Part shown: positions 15,043 through 24,700 of the stretch, in pieces
How positions within the stretch are numbered: the first letter of the stretch is position 1
Layout of the letters: every line of letters begins with the position of its first letter
From: Mycolicibacterium smegmatis
GTDB taxonomy: Bacteria > Actinomycetota > Actinomycetes > Mycobacteriales > Mycobacteriaceae
Length of the DNA: 32,000 nt
Assembly (NCBI RefSeq): GCF_001457595.1
Contig: NZ_LN831039.1
Coordinates: 1,410,001-1,442,000, forward strand
Direction: 5' to 3'
The notes under the pieces: model-generated
Databases searched by the model: none
Seen by the model: only the letters and a program-made list of their open reading frames with translations
What the model was told of the DNA's origin: nothing
Position numbers and translations under genes: made by a program

Positions 15043-16122
15043 TTACCGGTCAGCCCACCAGGGCGGGAAGCTGATATCAAGCCGCTCGCTGCGGCGGTAG
15101 CCCGCCCAGGTGGGCACCCCAACTGGCTGTCCGCGGTAGATTCCGCGAGCCGCGGCGACGACCCGTGGATGCTGGGTCGGCCATTGCAGGGTTGATGCAA
15201 TCTCCTCGAGCACTGCTACATCCCGCCCCAGTACACGATCAACGATCGCCACCGCGGGCAACGCGCCACCCTTGTCGCTGTTGCAGCGCGCACATGCCAG
15301 GACCAGGTTGGCCAGACCGTCGATCCCGACCAACGACCAGGGCAGCACGTGGTCGATCGGGTTGTCTGCGGGTAGATGAGTCCCGCAGTAAAAGCAGTGT
15401 GGGCCAAAGGCTTCCTTGAACGGCTCGCGCACCGCGGCGAGTGCGGTGCGTTCACGTCCGAACAGGTGGCCGGCGACATCAGGCACGTCGGCGTCGAGGA
15501 ATCGGTTCATCCGCCGCACGTCCTCCACCCACATGATTTCCAGTGCGGGCTTCAGCAGTCCGGCCAACCGCGCCAGACCGTGCGCGACGCCCGGTTTGAG
15601 CACGATCGCGTTACCGTGGGCACGCAGCGTCTTGCGGCTCACGTCGTCGTGCAGGAACGAGTCGTCGTAGAGGAACGCGTCGCTGCTCGATGCACCCGGC
15701 AACTTCTGCAACCGGTACAGGGGCTGCTGCGCCAGACACAGCATGATGTCGTCGATGGCGCGGTCATAGGCTTCCGGAGCACGCAGCCGCGCGATGTCTA
15801 CGGACAGCCCGCCACGCCGCGTCGCCGCAGCATCACGTAGGGCCTTCGTGGCAGCGAGGATCCGAGCCTTCGGCTGGGTGGACTGACGCAACTCATGCCC
15901 ATCGAAGGGCCGAACTTGGTGCCAGTAAAGCTCCAGCACACGATGTGCCAGCGCGGGAATCGGCACGGCGAGCGTGTCCGCGGGGTCGGCGGGCAGGTTC
16001 TCGACACAGTGCTCGATCAACGCCATCAACGTCGCGAGCTTGTAGGTGGCGGTGCGCAGACCGGTTTCGAGGATGGCGACCACGCGCTGTCCGAGCAGCA
16101 GAGGGTCGGATGCCTCGGTCAC
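15043..16122 (-). CDS. HNH endonuclease with uncharacterised ~230 aa N-terminal domain (paralog 1)
   Basis: C-terminal HNH zinc-finger core: CFYCGTHL...IDHVLPWSLVGIDGLANLVLACARCNSDKG. 359 aa. Confidence 0.8.
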   Translation of the reverse strand: MTEASDPLLLGQRVVAILETGLRTATYKLATLMALIEHCVENLPADPADTLAVPIPALAHRVLELYWHQVRPFDGHELRQSTQPKARILAATKALRDAAATRRGGLSVDIARLRAPEAYDRAIDDIMLCLAQQPLYRLQKLPGASSSDAFLYDDSFLHDDVSRKTLRAHGNAIVLKPGVAHGLARLAGLLKPALEIMWVEDVRRMNRFLDADVPDVAGHLFGRERTALAAVREPFKEAFGPHCFYCGTHLPADNPIDHVLPWSLVGIDGLANLVLACARCNSDKGGALPAVAIVDRVLGRDVAVLEEIASTLQWPTQHPRVVAAARGIYRGQPVGVPTWAGYRRSERLDISFPPWWADR

Positions 16123-16190
16123 GCCATCTCCTCACGACGCTGTCTCGTCGAACCGTACGAGAGCATTATCGCGGGAAGAACGGACAGCGT
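15043..16190 (-). repeat. ~1.15 kb direct repeat, unit 1 (HNH gene plus upstream region to the GTG of a MazG-like gene)
   Basis: It aligns with 17539-18688. The proteins differ at ~25 of 359 positions. Upstream similarity (ATTATCGCGGGAAGAACGGACAGCGTG versus ATTATCACGAAGGGAACCGACAGCGTG) ends at 16190/18688. Confidence 0.75.
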
Positions 16191-16230
16191 GACAGAAGTC
16201 AGCTGGTTCGGCGCCAGACTCGCACACCGA

Positions 16231-17358
16231 TCACGTGGCCCCGAACGCCTCCACATACAGCGCATAGAGCGAATGCGATGCGGCCATGTAGAGGCGGTTG
16301 TTCTCCGGGCCGCCGAAGGTGAGGTTGGCGCAGCGTTCGGGCAGGTGGATGAAACCGATCGGCTTGCCCTGCGGGTTGAAAACCATGACGCCGTCGAGAT
16401 TTTCGGGCTTGCCGCGGAGTTCGTACACCTTGCGGCCACCGACGTCGGTCGGCTGGTCGGCGACCAGGCCGTTGCTGCCCCAGCCGCACCACAGATTGCC
16501 GTCGCGGTCGACGGTGAACCCGTCAAGCGCGCCCTGGTCGGCGGCGTCGATCAGCTTGGTCTTGTTGGCGACGGTGCCGTCGTCGTTGACGTCGAAGCTC
16601 CACAGGCTGCGGTTCGGGGTGCCGCGCCACTCGATCACGTAGAGCTTTTTCTCGTCGGGGGAGAACCCGATCCCGTTTGGGTTGACCAGGTCGGTGATCA
16701 CCGCGGTCAGCTCACCGTCAGGCGTGAGCCGGTAGACGTTGGTGGTCGCCTGCTCGGGCTCGGCGCGGCTGCCTTCCCATTCACCGTTGATGCCGAACAA
16801 CGGATCGGTGAACCAGATGGTGTCGTCGGATTTCACCACGATGTCGTTGGGCGCGTTGAGTCGCTTGCCCTCGAAACTGTCGGCCAGCACGGTGATGTCG
16901 CCGTTCTCCTCGGTGCGGGTGATGCGCCGCGTCTCGGAGTGCTCACACGTGACGAGCCGGCCCTGGCGGTCGCGCGTGTTCCCGTTCGAGTAGTTCGACG
17001 GATGGCGGAATACCGTGAAGCTGCCGTCTTTTTCGTCGAACTTCATGAGCCGGTTGTTCGGGGTGTCGCTGCACAGCAGGTAGCCGCCGTCGGGGAAGTA
17101 CACCGGTCCTTCGGCCCAGCGCATGCCGGTGGCGACCTGCTCGAGCGAGCTGGAGAACAGCCGGTACTTGGTGATGCTCGGATCGAGGATCTCGATCGCC
17201 GGATCGGGATAGCGCTGGTTCGGCTGGAATGGCGGGGTCGGGGGAGCGGAGGGTTGCGCCTGGGGTTGTTGCGCCGCCGACGACGAGCACGCGCCCGTGG
17301 TCATGGCCACAATGGTCGCCGCCGTCCCGAAAAGCAAGTTGCGCCGCGTCGTGTACAT
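16231..17358 (-). CDS. SMP-30/gluconolactonase/LRE-like beta-propeller protein, probable Tat-exported lipoprotein
   Basis: It has a twin-arginine signal TRRNLLFG, a hydrophobic stretch and a lipobox-like TGAC. Blocks [51 protein letters not shown] and [15 protein letters not shown] are typical of the family. Confidence 0.8.
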   Translation of the reverse strand: MYTTRRNLLFGTAATIVAMTTGACSSSAAQQPQAQPSAPPTPPFQPNQRYPDPAIEILDPSITKYRLFSSSLEQVATGMRWAEGPVYFPDGGYLLCSDTPNNRLMKFDEKDGSFTVFRHPSNYSNGNTRDRQGRLVTCEHSETRRITRTEENGDITVLADSFEGKRLNAPNDIVVKSDDTIWFTDPLFGINGEWEGSRAEPEQATTNVYRLTPDGELTAVITDLVNPNGIGFSPDEKKLYVIEWRGTPNRSLWSFDVNDDGTVANKTKLIDAADQGALDGFTVDRDGNLWCGWGSNGLVADQPTDVGGRKVYELRGKPENLDGVMVFNPQGKPIGFIHLPERCANLTFGGPENNRLYMAASHSLYALYVEAFGAT

Positions 17359-17538
17359 CGACTCTCTTTTCAGCCCGTACTGGCACCGGCTTTGGTGCTG
17401 AGCGTGAAATTACGCGCGATACCGAGGCGGGTCTAATCCCATTCCGACATGGATCGATACCGCTGCGGCATCGATGCGCGTACGAAACTCGGAACCGAAC
17501 ATCGCGGGCGCACTACGGGTTTCGAGCCACACTGAGAA

Positions 17539-18618
17539 TCACCGGTCAGCCCACCACGGCGGAAATCGGATATCCAACTGCTCACTGCGGCGGTACCCCG
17601 CCCACGTCGGCACACCGGCCGGCTGTCCGCGGTAGATGCCGCGGGCCGCGGCGACCACCCGTGGATGCTGGGTCGGCCACTGAATTTCCGACGCGATCTC
17701 CTCGAGCACCGTCCGGTCGCGTTCCAGCACACGGTCGACTATCCCCACCGCGGGTAAGGCCCCACCTTTGTCGCCGTTACAGCGCGCACACGCCAGCACC
17801 AGGTTGGCCAGGCCGTCGATGCCGACCAGCGACCAGGGCAGCACATGGTCGATCGGATTGTTCGCGGGAAGGTGCGTTCCGCAGTAGAAGCAGTGCGGGC
17901 CAAAGGCTTCCTTGAACGGCTCGCGCACCACGGCCAGGGCGGTGCGCTCACGGCCGAACAGGTGCCCCGCCACATCGGGCACATCGGCGTCGAGGAACCG
18001 GTTCATCCTCCGCACGTCCTCGACCCACATGATCTCCAGCGCGGGTTTCAGGAGTCCGGCCAGCCGGGCAAGGCCATGGGCGACACCGGGTTTGAGGACG
18101 ATCGCGTCGCCGTGATCCCGCAGCGTCTTGCGGCTGACGTCATCGTGCAGGAACGAGTCGTCGTAGAGGAACGCGTCGCTGCGCGATGCGCCCGGAAGCT
18201 TCTGCAACCGGTACAGGGGTTGCTGCGCGAGACACAGCGTGATGTCGTCGATGGCCCGCTGATAGGCCTCCGGTGCGCGCTGCCGTGCGATGTCGACCGA
18301 CAGTCCGCCACGCCGTGTCGCCGCGAGATCGCGTAAGGCCTTGGTGGCGGCGAGGATCCGGGCCTTCGGCTGAGTGGACTGGCGCAGCTCGTGACCGTCG
18401 AAAGGGCGCACCTGCTGCCAGTAGATCTCCAGCACGCGGTGCGCCAGCGCGGGAATGGGCACGGCCAGCGTGGCGGCGGGATCGGTGGGCAGGTTCTCGA
18501 CGCAGTGCTCGATCAGGGCCATCAGGGTCGCGAGCTTGTAAGTCGCGGTGCGCAGCCCGGTCTCCAGGATGGCGACGACGCGCTGCCCGAGTAGCAGCGG
18601 ATCGGATGCTCCTGTCAC
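17539..18618 (-). CDS. HNH endonuclease (paralog 2)
   Basis: I chose the GTG at 18616-18618 as the start (VTGASDPLLLGQ..., colinear with MTEASDPLLLGQ of paralog 1). This gives the same 1080-nt length. The upstream part of the track ORF to 18834 has wrong-frame composition. Confidence 0.8.
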   Translation of the reverse strand: MTGASDPLLLGQRVVAILETGLRTATYKLATLMALIEHCVENLPTDPAATLAVPIPALAHRVLEIYWQQVRPFDGHELRQSTQPKARILAATKALRDLAATRRGGLSVDIARQRAPEAYQRAIDDITLCLAQQPLYRLQKLPGASRSDAFLYDDSFLHDDVSRKTLRDHGDAIVLKPGVAHGLARLAGLLKPALEIMWVEDVRRMNRFLDADVPDVAGHLFGRERTALAVVREPFKEAFGPHCFYCGTHLPANNPIDHVLPWSLVGIDGLANLVLACARCNGDKGGALPAVGIVDRVLERDRTVLEEIASEIQWPTQHPRVVAAARGIYRGQPAGVPTWAGYRRSEQLDIRFPPWWADR

Positions 18619-18688
18619 GCCACCCCCATGTCGGTGCACTGCGCCACAACGGTTCGACAGGATTATCACGAAGGGAACCGACAGCGTG
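17539..18688 (-). repeat. ~1.15 kb direct repeat, unit 2
   Basis: See unit 1 (15043-16190). Confidence 0.75.
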
Positions 18689-18982
18689 GCCAAACTTGTC
18701 CGGGACAGGATTCCCGAGCTCATCCGTGCGTCGGGCCGCACGCCGGTGATCCGCACGCTGTCCGACGACGAGTACTGGGCCGCTCTGGACGCCAAGCTGG
18801 ACGAGGAGGTTGCCGAGCTGCGCGCCGCGGACACCCGGGACGCGGCCCTGGAGGGAGGCCGCCATCGTCATCGAGGCGAGAGCGCTTCTGGCAATGGCAT
18901 CCAACATGGCGTCCCCCCGAACGTCGCACTGATCCCCAGTGGATCGACGTTATTGACGCCCGCGCGGTCGGGGCACGTGTAG
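18686..18982 (+). pseudogene. MazG-like / PRA-PH-like NTP pyrophosphohydrolase, apparently frameshifted after ~codon 55
   Basis: GTG 18686 is preceded by GAAGGGA. VAKLVRDRIPELIRASGRTPVIRTLSDDEYWAALDAKLDEEVAELRAA matches the KLVRD(K/R)IPEII family N-terminus. After ...DAALE the expected EEAAxVIExxxAL helix (EEAAIVIEARALLAMA) is found in the +1 frame from ~18852 (GAGGGAGGCC). Confidence 0.45.
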
Positions 18983-19090
18983 TCGACTACCCGAGCTCAG
19001 CGCCGGAGGAGACCGCGTGTCAACGACTGCTGACGCCGCGCCGCCGAAGGGGTCCCCCAAAGGGGACGGAGGCCTGCACATGAGTGAGAG

Positions 19091-19122
19091 GGTACCGAAT
19101 TTGGTACCGATAGCGGTACTAT
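19091..19122 (+). promoter_or_regulatory. putative operator repeats and -10 box of the RHH/Doc operon
   Basis: GGTACCGA-ATTT-GGTACCGA-TAGC-GGTACT: three GGTAC(C) repeats spaced 12-13 nt apart, at 19091, 19103 and 19116. TACTAT (19117-19122) lies 7 nt upstream of ATG 19130. Confidence 0.35.
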
Positions 19123-19129
19123 TGTGCGT

Positions 19130-19327
19130 ATGCCGTCGCTGAACATCGACTTCGACGAAGCCGAGATGGAACAGATCCGCGCTGCTGCCCGGGCGGATGA
19201 CCTGTCGCTGAAGAAGTTCGCGCACGCCGCCGTGATGGAGCGTGCCAGCGCGCACAAGCGCAGGGTCGCCGAGGCGGCGCGTCTGGTCGCTGAGCGTTCG
19301 GCTGAGCTCAACCGCCGCTTGGCGTGA
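19130..19327 (+). CDS. ribbon-helix-helix antitoxin partnered with Doc
   Basis: [39 protein letters not shown] shows a beta-strand/helix/helix pattern. Its stop overlaps the Doc start (GTGA at 19324-19327). The start could also be GTG 19124. Confidence 0.7.
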
Positions 19328-19713
19328 CCGAGTACCTCGACCGCGAGGACGTGCTCACCGCGGGATCGATCGCTTTTGGCGGCGAGCTGAAGGTGCGGGA
19401 CTACGGACTGCTCGACGCTGCGGTTGCCCGCCCGCAGGCCACGGTGTATGGCGTGGATGCGTACCCGCGGCTGTGGGACAAGGCCGCTGCGTTGTTGCAG
19501 TCCCTGGCGCGGAACCATGCGCTGGTCGACGGTAACAAGCGCACTGCGTGGGCTGCGGCATGGACATTTCTGCACATCAACGGTGTACAGCTGGCGGCTG
19601 ATTTCGATGTCGATCGCGCGGAGGACCTCATGAACGAGGTGGCCACCCGTGACTGCGACCTGGATTCCATCGCCGCCGAGCTGGCCGGTTTCGCCGCTGC
19701 GCAGACGGGGTGA
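19324..19713 (+). CDS. doc: Doc (death-on-curing) family Fic-fold toxin
   Basis: It has the Doc-type Fic motif [11 protein letters not shown], a size of 129 aa, and the N-terminal pattern LDREDVL...[15 protein letters not shown]. Confidence 0.85.
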
Positions 19714-19777
19714 ACTTTGGTAGCGCGGCCCGTCCGAGGCTCCCGTAACTCGATCCCCACATGTCGGCGGTAGTGCC

Positions 19778-19783
19778 TACCCT
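19778..19783 (+). promoter_or_regulatory. putative -10 element (TACCCT) for a leaderless jetA transcript
   Basis: It fits the TANNNT form and lies 6 nt upstream of the GTG start at 19790. No SD sequence is present. The element and its spacing are conserved in the jetA remnant (3643-3648 and GTG 3655). Confidence 0.3.
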
Positions 19784-19789
19784 CGGATC

Positions 19790-21220
19790 GTGGATTACGA
19801 CGCGATCACTGCACTGCGTGACCGGCATCCGGCGTGGCGGCTGTTGCGAGCGGGCAATGCCTCGTTGGTCTTGTCGTTCCTGGGGGAGTTCTTCGTGGAG
19901 GCCAACCGCGGTGCATGCCCGGCAGGCCAGGTCGCGGAGGCGCTGGACAACCATCTCTACGCGCTCAGTGCCGGATCCGGGGAGAGTCGCTATCCCAAGG
20001 AGCCGCGCGCGTATCTGGAGGACTGGGCGGCCACCGATGCCGGCTATCTGCGTCGATTCTACCCGCCGGGTGACGACGAAGTGCACTACGAGGTGACACC
20101 GGCTTTCGAGAAGGCATACGCCTGGGTCGTCAACCTTCAGAGCAGGTCCTTCGTGGGAACCGAATCCCGGCTGCACACCGTGGTCGCGCTCCTGCGCCAG
20201 ATCGTGCACGGCACCGAGGTCCAACCTGATGTCCGGCTGGCCGAACTTCGTCGCCGCCGTGCTGAACTCGAGGCGGAGATCGCGGCTGTCGAAGCCGGCG
20301 ACATCGCCGTGCTGGATCCGACAGCGGTACGCGACCGCTACCAGCAGTTGTCCACCACCGCGCGTGAACTGCTGTCAGACTTCCGCGAGGTCGAGGAGAA
20401 CTTCCGGCTGCTGGACCGAGCCGCCCGCGAGCGGATCGCCGCGTGGGAGGGCTCCAAGGGCGGCCTGCTTGAGGAACTGGTGGGCAGCCGTTCGGAGATC
20501 ACCGGCTCAGATCAGGGACGCAGCTTTCAGGCGTTCTACGACTTCCTGCTGTCCGAGCAGCGTCAGGCCGAACTCGCCGAGCTGATCGCCAAGGTGTCCG
20601 CACTCGACGTCCTGGAAGCCGACCCGCGGATACGTCGCATCCATCACGACTGGTCTGAGGCCGCAGACCGAGCGCAGCGCACGGTGCGGCAGATCTCCGA
20701 ACAGCTGCGCCGCTTCCTCGACGACCAGGTGTGGCTGGAGAACCGGCGGGTCCTGGACCTGGTTCGGGCGGTGGAGAGCATCGCGCTGGAAGTTCGCGAT
20801 GCCCCGCCGACCTTCGGGCTGGAGGTCGACGAACCGGGCATCGAGATCGCGCTGCCGTTTGAGCGTCCGCTGTATCAACCGCCGGCAGAGGTGGCGGTAG
20901 AGAGCCACGTCTCGGCGGCGACCGAGGAGGTCAACGCGGACCTACTCTTCGCGCAGACATACATCGACCAGGCACGTCTGGCCGACACCATCCGCGCCGT
21001 GCTGCCCGAGGACTCGTCAGCCCTGCTGTCCGATGTTGTTGCGGTGCACCCGATCGAGCAGGGGGCTGCCGAGATTGTCGGCTATCTCGCCCTCAACGAG
21101 GACGACCTGGCAATCGACGTGGATGACACCGAGGAGACCGTCCTGGAATACCCCGACCCAGCCGACCCGGACATCACCAAGCGGGCGAGACTGCCGAAGG
21201 TGACGGTGCGACGTCGATGA
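19790..21220 (+). CDS. jetA: Wadjet JetA (MksF/EptA-like kleisin, DUF3375)
   Basis: 476 aa. The N-terminus DYDAITALRDRHPAWRLLRAGNASLVLSFLGEFF is typical of DUF3375. It is the first gene of the four-gene operon, and ATGA overlaps jetB (21217-21220). Confidence 0.85.
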   Translation: MDYDAITALRDRHPAWRLLRAGNASLVLSFLGEFFVEANRGACPAGQVAEALDNHLYALSAGSGESRYPKEPRAYLEDWAATDAGYLRRFYPPGDDEVHYEVTPAFEKAYAWVVNLQSRSFVGTESRLHTVVALLRQIVHGTEVQPDVRLAELRRRRAELEAEIAAVEAGDIAVLDPTAVRDRYQQLSTTARELLSDFREVEENFRLLDRAARERIAAWEGSKGGLLEELVGSRSEITGSDQGRSFQAFYDFLLSEQRQAELAELIAKVSALDVLEADPRIRRIHHDWSEAADRAQRTVRQISEQLRRFLDDQVWLENRRVLDLVRAVESIALEVRDAPPTFGLEVDEPGIEIALPFERPLYQPPAEVAVESHVSAATEEVNADLLFAQTYIDQARLADTIRAVLPEDSSALLSDVVAVHPIEQGAAEIVGYLALNEDDLAIDVDDTEETVLEYPDPADPDITKRARLPKVTVRRR

Positions 21221-21795
21221 GCAACGAACGTGCAGTGGCAACCGCCATCATTCGTCTGATGCAGGGCGTCGTCTACCGCGATGCGGATGAGGACACGTGG
21301 CTGACGCTGGAACGTGCGGGGGCCGGCGTTCGGGACCACTTCGCCACCATCGGAATCGATGTGGTGGTCGACGACGCCGAGGGTTACGCCTACCTGCGCT
21401 CCCGGCCTTCGGAGGACGGTGAGGAGGAGTTGCCGCGCCTGGTGCGCAGGCGCGCGCTGACCTACAACGTCAGTCTGCTGCTGGTGCTGCTGCGTAAGCG
21501 GCTCGTCGAGTTCGAGACCAGCGGCGGCGACGGCCGTCTGGTCCTGAGCACCGAACAGATCGTGGAGATGCTGCGGCTGTTCCAAGCCGACTCCACCAAC
21601 GACGCCCGAGTCGTGGACCAGGCGGAGACCACCATCAGGAAGACCGCAGAGTTCGGCTTCCTGCGGCAGCTGCGCGGGCAGCGCGACCACTGGGAGGTGC
21701 GACGCATCCTCAAGGCCTATGTCGATGCCCAGACCCTGTCGGACTTCGCGGCCAAACTGCGCCAATACGCTGGAGCAGGAGCAGGCGATGAGTGA
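21217..21795 (+). CDS. jetB: Wadjet JetB (MksE/EptB-like, DUF4194)
   Basis: 192 aa. AIIRLMQGVVYRDADEDTWLTLE is typical of DUF4194. It overlaps the jetC start by 8 nt. Confidence 0.85.
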   Translation: MSNERAVATAIIRLMQGVVYRDADEDTWLTLERAGAGVRDHFATIGIDVVVDDAEGYAYLRSRPSEDGEEELPRLVRRRALTYNVSLLLVLLRKRLVEFETSGGDGRLVLSTEQIVEMLRLFQADSTNDARVVDQAETTIRKTAEFGFLRQLRGQRDHWEVRRILKAYVDAQTLSDFAAKLRQYAGAGAGDE

Positions 21796-24700
21796 AACGA
21801 TCTCTCGGACAGCCGAACTGAGCGTGCGTCCCGGGGCGGGATATCGACTCCAGTACGCCGAGATCTACAACTGGGGAACGTTCGACGGCCAGGTTTGGCG
21901 GTTCACTCCCGGCGCCGAGACCGCATTGCTGACCGGTGACATCGGATCGGGCAAGTCCACGATCGTGGATGCGCTCACCACGCTGCTGGTGCCGTCGCAC
22001 AAAGCCGCTTACAACAAGGCTGCCGGCGCGGACGCCAAGGAACGCACCCTGCGCTCCTACGTCGAAGGCCATTACCGATCCGAACGAAACGAGGCCACCG
22101 GAAAGTCTCGGCCGAAGGGGCTGCGGGAGAACAGACGGACCTACTCGGTGATCCTCGGTGTCTTCCGCAACCACGGCCACGACGAGACGGTCACGCTCGC
22201 CCAGGTTTTCCAGCAGCGTGAGAGCACCGGACAGCCCTATCGGTTCTTCGTCACCGCAACCAAGGAGCTGTCGATCGCCGTCGACTTCGCCGACTTCGGC
22301 TCCGATCTGCGCGAACTGCGAAAGCGGCTGCGATCCGCAGGAGCGGAGATCTTCGACGAGTTCCCCAAGTACGCGACCTCGTTGCGACGGCTGTTGGGAA
22401 TCCGATCGGAACAGGCACTCGAGCTGTTCCACCAGACGGTCTCGATGAAATCCGTGGGAAACCTCAACGATTTCGTGCGCGACCACATGCTCGAGCCGAG
22501 CGACTCGACCGAACGCATTCGCGAGATCATCAGCCACTTCGACGACTTGACCAGGGCCCACGACGCCGTCAAGCGGGCACGTGAGCAGCTCGAAGCGCTG
22601 GAACCGATTGCCGACACTGCGGCCAAATACGATGCCGCACTGGCTGAACGCGACGGCCTGGAGCACGAACGATCGGCAGTTCGGCTCTTCATCGCCGAAC
22701 TCCGTTCCGGACTTCTCGCCGATGAGATCGGTCGGTTAGAGGCCGACGGCGCCGCTCTATGGCAGCAACAGGATGCCGCCGAAGCCGACCAGCGCAGACT
22801 CAACCACGAACGCGACTCCCTGATCGAGGAGCGTGCCAAGGCCGGTGGGGATCGCATCGGCGAGTTGGAGCGGCTGGCCCACGAGGCCCGTGCCCAGGCC
22901 GAGTCACGGCGGCAGGCCAGGACATTGTTCGACTCCGCGGTCGGCGAGGCCGGGCTGACGACCGTCGCCGATGAAGAGGCGTTCCTCAACCTGCCCACTC
23001 TGGTCGCTGCCGAACGCACCAGGCTGGCCGCCGAGAAGCGCGAGGTCGATGCCGCCACTGTCGACGCGATCGGCCGTGAGCGTGACTGTGAACGCAAGTG
23101 CACCACCCTCAGCGCGGAGATCGAGAGCCTTGAACAGCGCACCAGCAACCTGCCTCATGAGCAGGTCGTGATGCGCGAAGAGTTGTGTGCCGCAATCGGA
23201 CTGACACCGGAGCAGCTGCCCTACGCCGGTGAGCTCCTCGATGTGTACGACGAACGCGCCGAGTGGCGAGGTGCCGCTGAACGAGTGCTGCGGGGCTTCG
23301 CACTCTCGCTGCTGGTGCCGCAGCCGCACTACGACGCCGTGACCCGATGGGTCAACGAACGCAGGCTCACCGTCGCCGGCAGGGGTGCCAAACTGGTCTA
23401 TGAGCGGGTCGCTGCGCGCCGCGTGCGGCTGCAGCCAGCGGAGTCTGACGGGCTGCTGCTGGCCGACTGCATCGAAGTTCGGGAGGGCCCGTTCGAGGAG
23501 TACCTCCGCAACGAACTGATGAAGCGCGCCGACTTCCGGTGCGCCACCACACTCCAGGAGTTCCGTGACCTGCGACGCGCGGTCACCCGAGAGGGGCAGG
23601 TGCGGTCCGGTGACCGGCACGAGAAGGACGATCGGCACCGCGTCGACGACCCACGCCGCTGGGTGCTGGGCTGGGTCAACGAACGAAAGCTCACCGCCCT
23701 GCGCGACGAGTTCGCCGACCTGGAACGCGATCGGCAGGAGGCCGCTGCCGTCGCGGCCGCCCTGAGTGCGCGCAGGGAAGTGCTGCAGCATCGGCTGGAC
23801 GCCCTTGTGCGAATCGAGGGCTTTCGGTCCTGGACTGAGCTCGATGCCGACGAGGCCGTATCGCGCGCCGGGGCCCACGACGCGGAGCGGGCTCGGTTGC
23901 AGTCAGGATCCTCTCGACTGGAGGAGATCACGAGGGCACTGGAACGCAATGCCGAAGAAGCCGGCGTTGTCGCCGAGCGGATCAGACAACTCACCGGTCA
24001 GCTCGCCACCACGGCCGCAGCCGTGCAGCGCGCGCAGCAGGACCGAAAACGAGATCAGGAGTTCGTGACTGCACAGTCACCCGAGCAACTCGAGGTGGCG
24101 CGGGCGTCCTACCCCGCTCTCGACCGCCGGCTCGCTGCGAGCCGGCCCACTCGAGCCGACGACTGCGCCGCCGCCGAGTCGGCGCTGTCGGAAGACCTGT
24201 ACCGGCGCATCGAGCGATTGACCCGTGAGCTCGGCGGGTATGGCCAGAGCCTGGCACAGTACATGCTGGAGGTGCTTCGCCGGTGGCCCGAGCTGCGCGC
24301 GGACATGGACGCCACCGTCGACGCGCGCGGCGACTTCCTGGCGTTTCGGCACCGCGTGGCGACCGACGACCTGCCGCGATTCGAGTCAGAGTTCAAAGAA
24401 CAGCTCAACAAGAACGCCATCCAGGAGCTGGCTGGCTTCAACAACTGGCTCAACCGGCAGGCCTCAGCCATCGACGAACGCATCGACCGCATCAACGAGG
24501 CGTTGGGCGCAGTGCCCTACAACCCAGGCCGCTTCATCCGGTTGGAGAAGGAGCCCACCACCAATCAGGATGTCGCACAGTTCCGTTCAGATCTTCGCAA
24601 CTTGACCAACGACGCGCTGGCGGTCGATGGCGACCAGTATTCCGAACAGCGCTTCCTCGACGTGAAGCGGATCATCGAGCGTTTCCGAGGTCGCGAGGGC

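Noticed and set aside
15895-17436. 513 aa plus-strand ORF spanning the HNH paralog 1 start and the gluconolactonase gene
   Set aside because: It is a shadow ORF on the strand opposite two genes with clear family motifs. Its composition (Arg/Gly/Val/Ala-rich, no motifs) is typical of a wrong frame in high-GC DNA.
18619-18834. N-terminal 72-codon extension of the HNH paralog 2 ORF, and the overlapping 18140-18907(-) ORF
   Set aside because: The extension has no counterpart in paralog 1 and overlaps the divergent MazG-like gene. The GTG at 18618 gives exact colinearity and equal length.
21710-23994. Series of long minus-strand ORFs (21710-22666, 22237-23148, 22904-23878, 23398-23994), plus 21082-21765 and 19628-20224
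   Set aside because: All are antisense or alternative-frame ORFs inside jetA, jetB or jetC. They are Ser/Arg/Ala-rich with no motifs. High GC suppresses stop codons in non-coding frames.
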